A stretch of DNA of 64,000 bases from Octopus vulgaris (GCA_951406725.2 OX597822.1:99758001-99822000); one strand, 5' to 3'; numbered from the stretch's first letter, positions 38,737 through 52,806 are shown. Made by a program: numbers and translations. Notes: generated by a model not told the origin, from the letters alone.

Positions 38737-40085
38737 CGTGAGTGTGTGCGTGTGTGCGTGCATTTGAGTATATGTGAGTGACAAATTTAAGAGGAAAACA
38801 ATCAGGGTAGTCATGACTATACACGAAATATTAGTTCAACAAATAAACTGACTATATTACTGGTATTTGTTTAACAAATTCTAATAAGAAAGAACAGAGT
38901 TTGTATCATAGGAATCTCCCCCACCGATACGAGAGACATCAAATTAGATGATATTAGCTCCAAGATGAAGATAAGATAAAAACTAATTCTTTCAAAGCTT
39001 ATAATTCTTATAAAATGTCTATCCAATTATGTACACTTCTTTGACAAGAACGTTATCTTCTTTGGCCAACAGAATATTGGTAAGTGAATCTCTATAATGA
39101 TTAAGTTCAACAAGTTGCTACTTCTTAAGAAACATATTCATGCATGAATGCATATGAATAAATATGTGCTAATTTTGTCTCATATGGTTGCACAGCAAAA
39201 ATATGTTAATACAAGTGGAATATCTCATAAAGTTAGAAGGGAGTGTCAACATCTACATATGTGTATGCATGCTTGTATTTTTGTGTGCATGGGTATATAA
39301 ACATGTTAATGTTAGGATTGTTGAATTATGAAGTTATAGAAGTGAAATAAAAAGAAAACTATTTGAAGGTGAAAGGAATTAATACGTAGAATAAAGTTGA
39401 CTTTACTAAAAGTATTGAATTCTTTATTAGTAAATGTTGTTTTTATAGCAGGTTGAAATACCCAGAGTCAGTTTTTATTTGGAGTTACTGCCTTCTTAGA
39501 TGAATTAGAAAATTTTCACATGGTTTCAATGCTTTGATGCCTTTCCTAATACGAAAAATTTCACAGAGTTTATTGGGTGAATTTTATCATAGCACAGAAT
39601 GTGACAAGACCGACCTTTTGAGACATAGGTACTACTCATTTTTGCCAGCTGAGTGGACTGGAGCAACATGAAAATAAAGTGTCTTGCTCAAGGACGCAAT
39701 GTGCCACCAGGAATTGATCTCATGACTTTATGACTGTGAGCTGAATACACTTAACCACTAAGCCATATGCCTTCACTTGGATGGTCTGTAATAACTGGGG
39801 AAGAGGGAGTAATAGTTGGCACTACAGGAAAATAAATATAGAGGGATGAATTGAAGACCAACAGAACTGACATAATTTCCATTCTCGGACGTTGTAATCG
39901 GACAGAGAGAAAAGAGTAAATGACATATAGATGGTTGTATATGGGAGATTGAATATGAACAGATTTAACAGTACTCCTCATTTCATGGCCAGCATCATAC
40001 AGTGAATAGGAGTGTTGGGGAAGAGAACAAGCAGGAGGGATAGCAAGTTTGGTTTTAAATAGGAGAAAGATATGTGTGTGTGTAT

Positions 40086-40117
<32 letters not shown>

Positions 40118-40965
40118 GTAAATAATAATAATGGTATTTATATCAAGCTTAAAGATTATAGCAATCACCATGCAATGAATAAGGAAAATACTCTAATAAT
40201 GGGGCATATAAGCCCTCGACAGAAAAAAGCAGACAGATTTATATATATTTAGCATTCTAGTCTCTATCACTATTTTCATTTTAATGTGTGTTTTCACCAT
40301 GCTTACACAGGTAGTTCAATCTTCTCCAGCACCACACTCCACCAATCAACACAATCTTCTGCTATCTCTTTTGTAAAGTGCAGCATCTTATGATCAACCT
40401 TTACCGTTTCATCCCTTGTTTTCCTTGGTCTCCCTTTTCCACAAGTTCTACCCAAAGTAAGTGCTTTGCAATTCTTTATACAGTCACTGTCCCCATCCCC
40501 TACACAATAAATGCCTACTCTGGTGGGGTCCCTAGCTCCCTACATCTAATTTTTCTTCTATTCAATCTTACTCTCAGTTCATCTGTATGCCGTCATTGAA
40601 GCACACTAACATAACACACACATTATATATACACGTGTGTGTATGTGCATGTATTTATAAGTCTGTATGAAAGAGAACATGTGTGTATGTGTGTGGATGG
40701 ATGGATAGATAGATAAGATATTTAGTTTTCCAGATAGTTAGAAGCAAGGTGTGTAATGAGAATCTTATTCAATAAGTGTGTGGTACAACGTGGCAAAGAT
40801 TAAACACAAATATTGCACTGCGAAACCAATATTTCAACACTCAATGTGGTGGCCTGTTTAGCCAAGTATTTATATCAATCAAAACGTAAGAAGACATAAA
40901 GGAAAAACTGTATGTATATACATATGAATGTACATGTATTCATGTGAATAGTTTCTAAGAATCTT

Positions 40966-40993
40966 CTCTCTCTCTATATATATATATATATAT

Positions 40994-41042
<49 letters not shown>

Positions 41043-41055
41043 AAATATATATATA

Positions 41056-41106
<51 letters not shown>

Positions 41107-41207
41107 GTTATATGTGGAGTTATATTTGTAGAAAATAGAAAGAAGCGGTCTTTGACTGGTATTTCTAATTTTATGGTATGTGGCTAAGCAACCTGTTGCT
41201 TGCTCTT

Positions 41208-41261
<54 letters not shown>

Positions 41262-41284
41262 TACACATATATATATATATATAT

Positions 41285-41323
<39 letters not shown>

Positions 41324-41345
41324 TAGATATATAAATATATATATA
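40966..41345. repeat. (TA)n/(GATA)n microsatellites enclosing a ~110-bp unidentified insert
   Basis: Direct observation. Confidence 0.9.
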
Positions 41346-41747
41346 CACACACACATACACACCCAAACACATGCAAAGATATATACACAATTCTTAGAAA
41401 TTAATACTCATACAGTTAACTAAGGTGATATTTGATACAAGGTTTTTTTAAATATTTGTCAAGCTTTTAGCAAAATTCTGTATTAAAAGCACATACAGAT
41501 GCAACAATGACCTTTGGCTATCAGCATACGATGATAAGTGGGATACAAATGTAAAATATATTGAAACACGATATATTTACTGCTATATGATATACACAGA
41601 TTTTATCAGCATCTGTAGGATGAAAGTTTACTTTCTGCACTGTATGGTGGCTGATATAAAAATGTTTCATCTTAATGAATAGCTTGAAACAATTTTAATA
41701 AAAAAATAAACAGTAAGAGTTTGTTCTGGCATTAAAAAGATATACTA

Positions 41748-42287
41748 AATCAAAAATCAAAAATCAAAATCGATGACTGGTGTCTGTGTGAGCGGGGTGC
41801 AAAGAGCACCTTACGAGTGTGACCATTGACAGAGCGGCTAACCAGCTTCCGTGCCAGCAGCACTTAAAAGGCACCATTCGAGCATGATCGTTACCAGCGT
41901 CGCCTTAAAGAGCACCATCCAAGCATGATTGTTGCCGGGGCGGCTATCTGGCCTCCATGCCCGTGGCACGTACAAGACACCATTCGAGCGTGATCGTTAC
42001 CAGCATCGCTTTACTGGCACCTGTGCCGGTAGCATGTGTAAAAGATTCGAGCAAGGTCGTTGCCAGTACCGTCTGACTGGCCCCATGCCAGTGGCACCTA
42101 AAAAGCACCCACTACACTCTCGGAGTGGTTGACGTTAGGAATGGCATCCAGCTATAGAAACTCTGCCAGATCAAGATTGAAGCCTGGTGCAGCCATCTGG
42201 TTCACCAGCCCTCAGTCATTCGTCCAACCCATTCTAGCATGGAAAGTGGAAATTAAACGATGATGATGATGATGATGATGATGATGA
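41748..42287 (+). mobile_element. Longer RTE-tail element with about 6 CACC-ending sub-repeats and (GAT)n tail
   Basis: Starts (AAATCAA)n, contains repeated GCACCATTCGAGC(A/G)TGATCGTT units, and ends in the same 3' tail as the RTE. Confidence 0.8.
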
Positions 42288-42752
42288 CTAAAAAGCTTGA
42301 AGATGATTTGATGAATATTGCCCTCAGTTTAAGTACTTGAAGCTTTTAGTGAGCTACCAACCTGCTGAAGAATAAACCTATTTCATTGTGTTTACCATTT
42401 AACATAGCAAACTATGCTCACTCCCTTACTCTTTAATTGTCAATAAATTAGGATCTTAGTGTTCCTTAATGTTAATCATTTTTCTCTACAATCTTGGCTT
42501 TTATTTGAAGCATGTTATAGACACAAACACAGCTATATTAAGTTTGCTTTGTAACCATATGGCTTTGGGTTGTATAATAACTTAGACAAGTGTGTTCAAA
42601 TAAAACCCCAAGTCAACTAATGCTTCATGAGTGAAATTTGGTAAGCAGAAACTATATCATAGAAGCCCACCAAATTGGTCTTTCATTCATTCATTTTCTA
42701 ACCGTTTTACATGCATGGTTTGAACATGTATATATATACAGTCACCATGATT

Positions 42753-42891
42753 GATTGTTAGCCACTACACACATTTTTTTCTCTCCTTGTTTTTTCTGTG
42801 TCCCTTTCTGTAGAAGAGCGTAGGATCGAAACGTAAAAGACTTTTTCTATTCCTGTCTTCGTCTTTTGTTTTTTTTTTGTAAAACTCTCCC
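42753..42891 (+). mobile_element. Short HHR-like element (family 5) beside (TA)n
   Basis: Same sequence as 46885-47061 with an internal deletion; motif at 42804-42839 is CTTT-CTGTAGA-A-GAGC-GTAG-GATC-GAAA-CG-TA-AAAG. Confidence 0.7.
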
Positions 42892-43130
42892 TATATATAT
42901 ATATATAAAAATACACACACACACGCATGTATAAGTGAAAGTGCATGACCTAGTGGCTAGGGTGTTGCACTCACAATTGTGAGATCACAGTTTCAATTCC
43001 TGGACCAAGTGGTGCATCGTGTTCTTGAGCAAAACACTTCATCCCACATTGATACCTAATGTGAGGTACATCATGCACCAGTTCAAGTAACATCAGTTTG
43101 ATGGAGGGAGTGAGATAATATAAGCCACAT

Positions 43131-43346
43131 GTAAGGCAGCGAGGTGGCAGAAATGTTAACACACTGGGCAAAATGCTTAGGCGCATTTCGTCTGTGTTTA
43201 TGTTCTGAGTTCATATGCCGCTGAGGTCAACTTTGCCTTTCATCCTTTCAGGGTCAATAAATTAAGTACCAGTTGCATACTGGTGTCAATCTAATCAGCT
43301 GGCCTCCTCCCCAAAAATTTTGAGCCTTGTGCCTAGAGTAGAAAAG
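43131..43346 (+). mobile_element. SINE-C with 14-bp TSD
   Basis: TSD AATATAAGCCACAT at 43117-43130 and 43347-43360; central CTTTGCCTTTCATCCTTTCAGGGTCAATAAATTAAGTACCAG. Confidence 0.9.
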
Positions 43347-43404
43347 AATATAAGCCACATAAATTTGATGACTATAAACAAATTATTTGTGCAAGTTCTT
43401 TTTT

Positions 43405-43670
43405 CTTTTATTCTTTTCTTTTATTTGTTTCAATCATTTGACTGTGGCCATGCTGGAGCACCGCCTTTAGTCAAGGAAATCGACCCCAGGACTTATTCTT
43501 TGTAAGCCTAGTACTTATTCTATCGGTCACTCTTGCCGAACCGCTAAGTGACGGGGACGTAAACACACCAGCATCGGTTGTCAAGTGATGTTGGGGGGAC
43601 AAACACAGACACACAAACATATACATACACACACATATATATATGCACACATACACACACACACATATAT

Positions 43671-43737
<67 letters not shown>

Positions 43738-43907
43738 TATATATATACGATGGGCTTCTTTCAGTTTCCGTCTACCAAATCCACCCACAAGGCTTTGGTC
43801 AGCCCAAGGCTATAGTAGAAGACACTTGCCCAAGGTGCCAAACAGTGGGACTGAACCCGGAACCATGTGGTTGGTAAGCAGTTTACTTACCACACAGCCA
43901 CTCCTGC
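43405..43907 (-). mobile_element. SINE-A with expanded internal microsatellite
   Basis: Same family blocks as above. Confidence 0.92.
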
Positions 43908-45446
43908 TGTTGTTCACAAAGAATTGCAGAACCATCTTTTGAACTATGAGAGATTAACATATTTGTATGTATGTTCGCATGTATATGTTTGTGTATAAAT
44001 ATATCTGCACGTTTTCACATTGTCACCATGTGTGTAAAAAAAAAGAGGTAACAGTTTTTGGCACTTCTTGTAAACAGCATGTTCTATAGGTGGGTGGTTT
44101 TGTGGTGGATGGAATAAAAACACCTACCCTCTGATAGTTCCACAGATCAACCACTCTGAATTGGTGTTTATTTATCAATTGGAAAAGAGTTAAAAGGTAA
44201 GTCGAATATGGTGGGATTTGAACTCTGAGCAAAGAGAATCAAAACAAATACTGCAAAATATTGTATTTAACACTCTAACAATTCACCAATAAACATCTTT
44301 CTTTTCATGTTATAAATTCCTTACATACAGACAACTTGCAGACTTCCACAGATCTTCAGACATCAGTTAAGAAAACTTGTTACATTGAATAACCAAAAAT
44401 AAATGTCAAATTAAAGAATCCGACAAAATATCAATGTTTTTGACCATATATGTATTCAGTGAATTTCTTCGAATTGGGACTAGCGCCAGTCTATTATACG
44501 GTTTCTATTTTAGTAAATAAGTATTCAGCACAAATGAAAGAAGAGAAAAAAAGGTGCTAATATGAGAACAGACTAGAAACCAAGTGTTTATACGTGTGTA
44601 TGAGAGATTAGCACTTTACAAGAACACTATGTGAGTAAAGTAGACCCTTTTTTGAAGAATTATAGAAGAAAAAGCATAGTGCTTGCAAATCTAATTAAAT
44701 GCCTGAGACTTTTCTAATGATTTACAGAAATATTGGTCACTCTTAAAAATAAAAACAACTTTTGAGATTCTGGAATATTCAACAAAATTCTATGCTACCT
44801 TATAGCATAAACTAGATATGGTTGCTACGGAGAACCTCATTGCAATCTTAGCGATGTAACTAAGAAAAAATATTGCATGTGGCACCAGCTTAGTGGTAGA
44901 GCTGAAATAGCTAAGTTCTTTGACTAAGGACCTGATGTAATGACAATAAGTGCAGACAAACAACAATTGTTATTCTCTGACTGAATCGGCCTTGTCCACC
45001 TCTCCTATGACCACAACAAGAGTGTCCAAATGTACAATGATTGGGCCTCTATATGGTTACTAACCTATGAAAAATAGCAACCAATTCTCCTTGAAATCAA
45101 GCCATACTATCTTAGAAATGCAAAGGACACATTAGATAATATAGTCTTAAACATACCCTCAAAAAGTCAGGGTGGTCATGGTTGGATTGTTTTGATCATG
45201 GGTTTGCTCAATCAGGATTGATCTAAGGTTAAACAATGATAACACCATTATCATAATTATCATAATCTAATGTCACGTTTTCCATGCTTGCATGGGTCAG
45301 ATGAAATTTGTCGAGGCACATTTTCTATGGCTGGATGCTTTTCTTGTCACCGATCCACACCTGCTTCCAAGCAAAGTAATAATTTCTCAGACATATTTTC
45401 ATAGCAGGTTGGAAGTGAAGGACGCCACCTATACAACAGTAGCATA

Positions 45447-45748
45447 CATCATCATCATCATCATCATCGTTTAGCGTCCGCTTTCCATGCTGGCATGGGT
45501 TGGACGGTTCAACTGGGGTCTGGGAAGCCAGAAGGCTGCACCAGGCCCAGTCTGATCTGGCAATGTTTCTACGGCTGGATGCCCTTCCTAATGCCAACCA
45601 CTCCATGAGTGTAGTGGGTGCTTTTTACATGCCAGATGAGGCTGGCAAACGGCTACGATTGGATGGTGCTTTTTACATGCCACCGGCACGGAGGCCAGGC
45701 GAGGCTGGCAACGGCCACGATCGGATGGTGCTTTTTATGTGCCACCAG
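45447..45748 (-). mobile_element. RTE-LINE 3' tail copy
   Basis: Same tail blocks. Confidence 0.87.
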
Positions 45749-46839
45749 TACATACAAGTATATGTAAATTATAAAGAATAAACAAAAGTATAATTTAAAG
45801 GATATTGTCAAAATATGCAGGTATTTCCATACATGCAATAAAGAGAGCCACTGCACCTACAGTATTAGATAATATCCTGATTTGTGTATGCATACACATG
45901 GATATGTAAATGTGGCATAGTTAATTTTGCTGAATCAAAAGCAAGGTGGAGCAGTGAAAAGTTGTCACAAAAAAGTAAGAGGGTGATAGTTAAAAAAGTT
46001 TGAGAAATATTGTTTCAGATACATTATCTGGAATAATAAAAAAGGTAAAGTAAAAGTGAAAAACAGAACAGTAAAGTCATAACGGCTTTGATCGAAGTTG
46101 ATCTGAAGCTGCACAGTAATAATCACTCACTGTAAAGGATGGTTTATCAACTGAGAAAATTACTATTGAGCTGGTGTCTGCGGAATAAGAAAATTATACA
46201 AATAAATTTTTAAAAAAAGCTTCATTGCTGAACTTTCATCAAAAGTTTTCATTGAAAGTAATCTAAATTGTTATGTTCTCCATTTTTAAAAGATTGGGAA
46301 TTAAATTGGAGTAACAGAGAAGTGGTATGAGTATGTCATTGACTATCTGTTTGTAAAGGTACTTTGTATATGTCTGCAAAATGTATACGACTGTATGTTT
46401 TTATAAATGATGTCTACATGTATGTTTATGCGTAAGAGGAAAAAAGAAACACTCAATGAGAGAGAGGGGAAGAGAGAATTACAGTGAGAATTATGCAAAG
46501 GAAAAAAGTTTTGAAAAAGACAGGAACAATGACAGAAATGGAAGATAAAGAAATGATTTGGGTAGTACTGGCAGATAAAATCAGAGAGAGACAGACAGAC
46601 AGACAGAGAAACAGAGAGACAGACAGACAGATAGATACCCTCTATGTGTATGAATTAACAAGAGAGAGAAAGTACACCTAATATTGATTTTGAAAGTAGT
46701 TATATGAATATTGATTTTTTACATAGTCATGTGGCCATTTTGTAGACGTGGTATAGTTGATTAAATTGATTACAATATTTTGACAATGTGCATTAATTCA
46801 TATACATACATATTTGTAAATATATACATATATATCTGT

Positions 46840-46884
<45 letters not shown>

Positions 46885-47061
46885 GATTGTTAGCCACTAC
46901 AAACATTTTTTTCTCTCCTTGTTTTTTCTGTGTCCCTTTCTATAGAAGAGCGTAGGCTCGAAACGTAAAAGACTTTTTCTATTCCTGAGTGTTATACTAA
47001 TACATCTGTTTGTTTTGTACACCACCTGTCTTCATCTTTTGTTTTTTTCGTAAACTCTCCC
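46885..47061 (+). mobile_element. Short HHR-like element (family 5) inserted in (TA)n
   Basis: TA tracts on both sides; motif at 46936-46971 is CTTT-CTATAGA-A-GAGC-GTAG-GCTC-GAAA-CG-TA-AAAG. Confidence 0.7.
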
Positions 47062-47255
47062 TATATATATATATAACCTGAAAGAATGAAAAGTAAAGTT
47101 TACCCTTAAATCATTTGAACTCAGAACATTGAGATATTGAATTTAAAAAAAGAAACACCCAGTCCAGTATGCTACCACTTTAACTACCTCTGCTGTGATA
47201 AGTATTAATTAACAAAAATAATTAAATATCTGCAATAATGAAAATCTAATGTTAA

Positions 47256-47466
47256 CGCTTTTGTTACCATATTTCTGTCTACCTCTGTCTCAATTAATTT
47301 TGAAAATAATGAAAAATTTAGGAAAATAACTTTGTCATTATTAAGTTGACGTTTAGAATATAAATTAATGTGGAAGTCTGATAATGGATTTGAATTTAGA
47401 TTATTTTAAAACAGAATTGTATCATAGAAATTAAGAGAGGTCACATGCAGGTTGATATCAAAAGAG
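47256..47466. mobile_element. TTAA MITE (family of 25436-25656)
   Basis: TTAA|CGCTTTTGTTACC..GATATCAAAAGAG|TTAA. Confidence 0.75.
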
Positions 47467-47506
47467 TTAAAGTATTCTTCAGTTGCATCAAGAGTCTAAA
47501 AGATCT

Positions 47507-47800
47507 CATCATCATCATCGTTTAACGTCCGTTTTCTATGCTAGCATGGGTTTGGACGGTTCGACCAGGGTTTGGGAAGCCAGGAGGCTACACCAGCCTC
47601 CAGTCTGATCTGGCAGTGTTTCTACAGCTAGATGCCCTTCCTAATGCCAACCACTCCGTGAGTGTAGTGGGTGCTTTTTATGTGCCACCAGCACAAGTGC
47701 CAGGGGAGGCTGGTAACGGCCACGATCGGTTGGTGGTTTTTACGTGCCACCGACACGGAAGCCAGTCAAGGTGGCGCTGGCATCGGCCACGTATGGATGG
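47507..47800 (-). mobile_element. RTE-LINE 3' tail copy
   Basis: Same tail blocks; another, more diverged copy at about 48383-48600. Confidence 0.87.
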
Positions 47801-50559
47801 AATTAAAGTTCATGAAATTAAAATTCTTTTTTCTGAAAAATGAGTATTTAGTTAATATCCATGAACAGTAATCTATACAACATTTTAAATAAACTTGGAT
47901 AAGTAAAATGAAACATTTTCTCTTCTGCCACTCTTCATCATAAAATACTACTGAGATATGACACCAGATAAGCTATCAATTTACACTGTTAAATGTCATA
48001 ATGGTAAGAATATCTTTTGCTTATTTATTACACTGAAATTCCAACACAAATACAACAAATAACAAATTGCAGTTTCAATAAATGTAACACTTTCAATATA
48101 ACATACTTTGTACCAACACATACTTTACCCATAATATATATATATATATGTGTGCGTGTGTATATATATATTCAGTGTATGTGTGTACACAGACGCACAT
48201 ACACACTGAAGTGAATTCAATAATTTGACACTGGAAAAAAATAACATACAAAACATATTTGAAAATATTTTGACACACTAGATATAAGAGTCTTGACTGA
48301 TATAATTTATAGAGCAAATGTGATATTCTACTGTGAATACATCTTTCTATTTACATATTTCACATCATTTGCCCTGCCACTATATCATCATCATCATCAT
48401 CATCATCATCATTTAATGTTCGCTTTCCATGCTGGCATGGTTTGGATGGTTGGACTGAAAACTGGTAAGCCATTGGGGCTGCACCAGGTTCCTAACACCA
48501 ACCACTCAGAGTGTACTGGGTGCTTTTTATGTGCCACCGGCATGGGTGCCATTGACCTGACAGCGGCATCAGCCATGTCTATGGTCTCACTTGGCTTGAA
48601 AGGTCAACACAAGCATATACAAAAGAGATATCAAGGTAAGTCAGCAGATACCTTTCTGATCATATAAACCACTTTAAACCTTTAGAAACATATCCAGCCA
48701 AAATATTTAAATTTATTTGATTTTACCTCAGCCCTACCATGTCATTCTAAAACTAAAAAATAGCATGATTTCTTTACATGATGCCATAAACCATTTTGAA
48801 TATTATTTTAGAAGTTTAAAGTGATTTCTTTTGTGCCATAAACCATTACCATTTCTGTGGTACCCTACTTCCTCTGATGCCCTATGCACTTGTTTATTTT
48901 CTTATCGTTAATCCAGTGTTGGCCATAGAGAATCTGCCCCAGTAAGCTCTAACCCATGCAAGCATGAAAAGAGTGGGTGTTAAAATGAAGAGGATGATGA
49001 CGTGTCACTCTTTCTATTGACAAAACAATTTAGAAATAAGACTGTTAAGAATTTAAATCACAAAATATGATTAGATTTATATAAGTGAACTAAAACCACT
49101 TCTTTAAAGGTAACTTGGCAAATAGATGTCAAAAGAATAAAGATAAACTTTATAATTGAATGGATTAACTTATAAGAAATAACATTAGTTGAATACTATG
49201 TTAAAATGTAATTGAGTTTTCCCTCCCTCACTCCCCACCAAAAATTTGCGACCTTGTGCTAATGTTGAAAATCAATATTTACTGAGAAGCACAAATGGTC
49301 ATGATCAAAGGGGAAAAGATTAAACAGAGTGAACAAAAAGAAAAATAAATATAGCCAACAAATTATTGATTCTGTAGATCAGTAAAGAAAAAATACAGTG
49401 TTCGGTGTTTGAATATATAAATTGAGTCAGACAAAACAAAAGACGAATGTTGCTATATTGGAAACATTGCAATGAAAAAAAAAAAATGGCCATTTCACTA
49501 TACTTCATTTATGAAAACAAAAATTGTCGTCATAATTTAATGTCTGGCAAGAGGTGGATGTTTTGACAGAATTTGACAATTCAGAGGACCAAATCATGTA
49601 TTAATGTTTACTTTGGCATGGCTTCTTTGGTTCTATGCTCTTTCTCATGCCAACCACTTTACAGAGTGTACTGGGTGCATTTTTCATGGCACCAGGACTA
49701 GTGATGATTGACCTTATGTTAGGATTCTGAAGTGGAACCCTGTAATTTAGGAAGAACAGAAGAAATGGTGAGCAATGGTTCTAGGCAGGGGAATGAGGGA
49801 TGTGAAGTAAGAAGAGAAGATGGGGGAGTGTGGCATGGAACAAGGGAGAAGGAAGGGATTATTGATAAGGGTTACTGAGAAAAAGTGAGGGATAGAGTTG
49901 AAAAGTGATGGGCTGCATTGAGTAAGGCAAGGTTTAATACATACAAAGTTGATGCCAATGAATTTTTAAATCTAAAGATGGTAAAGAAGAGTAAATAAAA
50001 TCAAAGCCACAAAGGTAATTGTATGTTAACAGTAGATTTTAAAAAAAGGCACCTCTACATGTATTTATCAATAGTTTTTATTTGTCATACTCTTGCTATC
50101 TCCTTTTTTGTTATCTTGATATATACTTATTTAAATCTCAATATTTAAAAGAAAAATAGAAATCTACAAAATGAAAAAAATTAAAAAACGCACAATTTAT
50201 TGCATGACAATATCACATATGTGAAAAGCAGTAACTTCAAAGACAGAAAAAGCACTTCAAATTCAAAAATACATTAAGAACATCCTTCAAAAATCTTGTT
50301 GGAATTATTTATCAAAGTCTCGTGAACAACTAGATGTACTTTATATCTATTGTTTGTTGCACTCTAGACTCCTGGCTACACCTAAAACCACAGCTGAACA
50401 AAGGAGCATAAAAGTGCAACAGAAATAAGTAACCTTGCTGCAAAGAGATTCTATCAATACTTTCACTTTCACCGATACATACCCTACTTCTGTATTAACT
50501 CAGCATTGGAAGGATTTGAGAGCCAATGCATAGATCCAGTTTCATAGAGTAAAGTGAAC

Positions 50560-50704
50560 GTGGTAAGTAGCTTGCTAACCAACCACATGGTTCCGGGTTC
50601 AGTCCCACTGCGTGGCATCTTGGGCAAGTGTCTTCTGCTATAGCCTCGGGCCGACCAAAGCCTTGTGAGTGGATTTGGTAGACGGAAACTGAAAGAAGCC
50701 TGTC

Positions 50705-50792
<88 letters not shown>

Positions 50793-51010
50793 TTGTGTGT
50801 TTGTGTGTCTGTGTTTGTCCCCCTAGCATTGCTTGACAACTGATGCTGGTGTGTTTCCGTCCCCGTCACTTAGCGGTTCGGCAAAACAGACCGATAGAAT
50901 AAGTACTGGGCTTACAAAGAATAAGTCCCGGGGTCGATTTGCTCGACTAAAGGCGGTGCTCCAGCATGGCCGCAGTCAAATGACTGAAACAAGTAAAAGA
51001 GTAAAGAGTA
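50560..51010 (+). mobile_element. SINE-A, slightly 5'-truncated
   Basis: Begins GTGGTAAGTAGC; ends AAGTAAAAGAGTAAAGAGT. Confidence 0.92.
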
Positions 51011-51464
51011 ACACAAATATCCCTTTGCTTAAGATACTAGTGTATTGCAGGTAAGTTATTTGATGATCTGCGGCCTGTTTATCATATTTAGCTAAAACGA
51101 GAGTAGTGCAGAATAAAAAATTTCTGACAGGGAATTCAGTAGTAAATGATGACTGCACTGCAGTAGTACTCCCCTTGCATAAAGTTCTTGTCTAATGTGA
51201 TGTTATCAAGCACCACCGACAAAATGTCATATGAAGGATTGCACAGAGCAAGAAACTGCAAGCATTGACAGTCAAGCACTAGCTTTATATCTATATCTAT
51301 GTATACACACACACACACACACACAATATGCATAAATATATACACACACACATACACATGCACCACACACGGACACACATGCCTGTATATATGTATGTAT
51401 ATAAATATAAATAAACTAGCATTTGTTTTTTTATAAGTGTTGAAATGTGTACTGTAAGATACAA

Positions 51465-51599
51465 ATAAGATGATGATTTATTTTCAAATGCAGAAACACT
51501 GTTAGAACAGCAGAAATATTGAGTAAATTACCTTTACTAAGCGGAAATATTTGTCAACAAACAGCCACGGTATTTCTGCATTTGAAAATAAATTATCAT

Positions 51600-51604
<5 letters not shown>
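51465..51604. repeat. 35-bp inverted repeat (33/35 match) with 70-bp spacer, abutting (TA)n
   Basis: ATAAGATGATGATTTATTTTCAAATGCAGAAACAC versus the reverse complement of 51570-51604. Confidence 0.8.
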
Positions 51605-51651
<47 letters not shown>

Positions 51652-51654
<3 letters not shown>

Positions 51655-52109
51655 ATGCTAAGAGTACCATACGAGCATGATCGTTGCCAGAGCAACAAAC
51701 TGGCCTCCATGCCGGTGGCATGTAAAAAGCACCATTCAACCGTGATCACTAAAAACACCATTCGAGCGTAATCATTACCTTCGTTGCCTAACTAGCACTT
51801 GTGCTGGTGGCATGTGAAAAAACATTCGAGTGAGGTCATTGCCAGTGCTGTTGGACTGGTTCCTGTGCAGGTGGCACATAAAAAGCACCATTTGAGCGTG
51901 GTCGTTGCCAGTACCACCTGACTGGCCCTTGTTCCGGTGGTACGTAAAAGCACCCACTACACTCTCAGAGTGGTTGGCATTAGGAAGGGCATGCAGCGGT
52001 AGAAACTCAGCCAGATTTGGAGTCTGGTGCAGCTATCTGGTTCGCCAGACCTCAGTGGAATCGTCCAACCCATGCTAGCATGGAAAGCGGACGTTAAACG
52101 ATGATGATG

Positions 52110-52110
<1 letters not shown>
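51652..52110 (+). mobile_element. Longer RTE-tail element with multiple sub-repeats, between TA tracts
   Basis: Same units and tail as 41748-42287. Confidence 0.82.
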
Positions 52111-52140
<30 letters not shown>

Positions 52141-52544
52141 TAAAGCCTGCCATCAGTTTTGAATGAGTATGGCTTCATAGCCATACATCATGCTTTCAGT
52201 AATAGCTTTAAATGTCTATATAGTCACAAGTAGACAATAGACATAGACTCTCCAATCATTTCATCCAGGACGTGACCTGATGAAGAGGGTGAGTGGTGGG
52301 GAGAGGGAGCGATAGCAGGAGAGAGGAAGAAAGCTGCACCATCACTCAGCCAGTGGTGATTTTTATCTGTGTAGAGTGAAATGAAGTGCCTTGCTGAGGG
52401 GTACAATGCACTGCCAAGTCTGGGAACCGAACCCATGACATTATGATCATAAGTCAGATATCCTAACCACCAGGGCACATGCCTTCATGCAATGATATGC
52501 AGACACACACACATATTTCATCATCATTGTTTAACGTCCACTTT

Positions 52545-52584
<40 letters not shown>

Positions 52585-52757
52585 CCGTGCTAGTGCGGAA
52601 AACGGACGTTAAACGATGATGATGATGATGATGATATATATATACTCATATATATGTATATATATATATAGATGTATATGTACATATATGTATATATATA
52701 TATAAATTGTTATATATATATATATGTACACATATATATGTACACACATATATGTGT

Positions 52758-52806
<49 letters not shown>

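Noticed and set aside
41800-42110. Regularly spaced AAAAGCACC repeats resembling a CRISPR array
   Set aside because: The spacers are homologous to each other, the array lies in a eukaryotic retroelement UTR, and there are no cas genes.
51042-51056. TTGCAG|GTAAGT as a recursive splice site or donor
   Set aside because: Poor pyrimidine tract, and a single 9-mer match is plausible by chance in 64 kb.
52139-52212. Imperfect hairpin (GTATGGCT/AGCCATAC) considered as decayed HHR, SECIS or pre-miRNA
   Set aside because: Core reads CTGAAAG/AAAA without UH, there is no SECIS GA quartet, and the stem is too broken.
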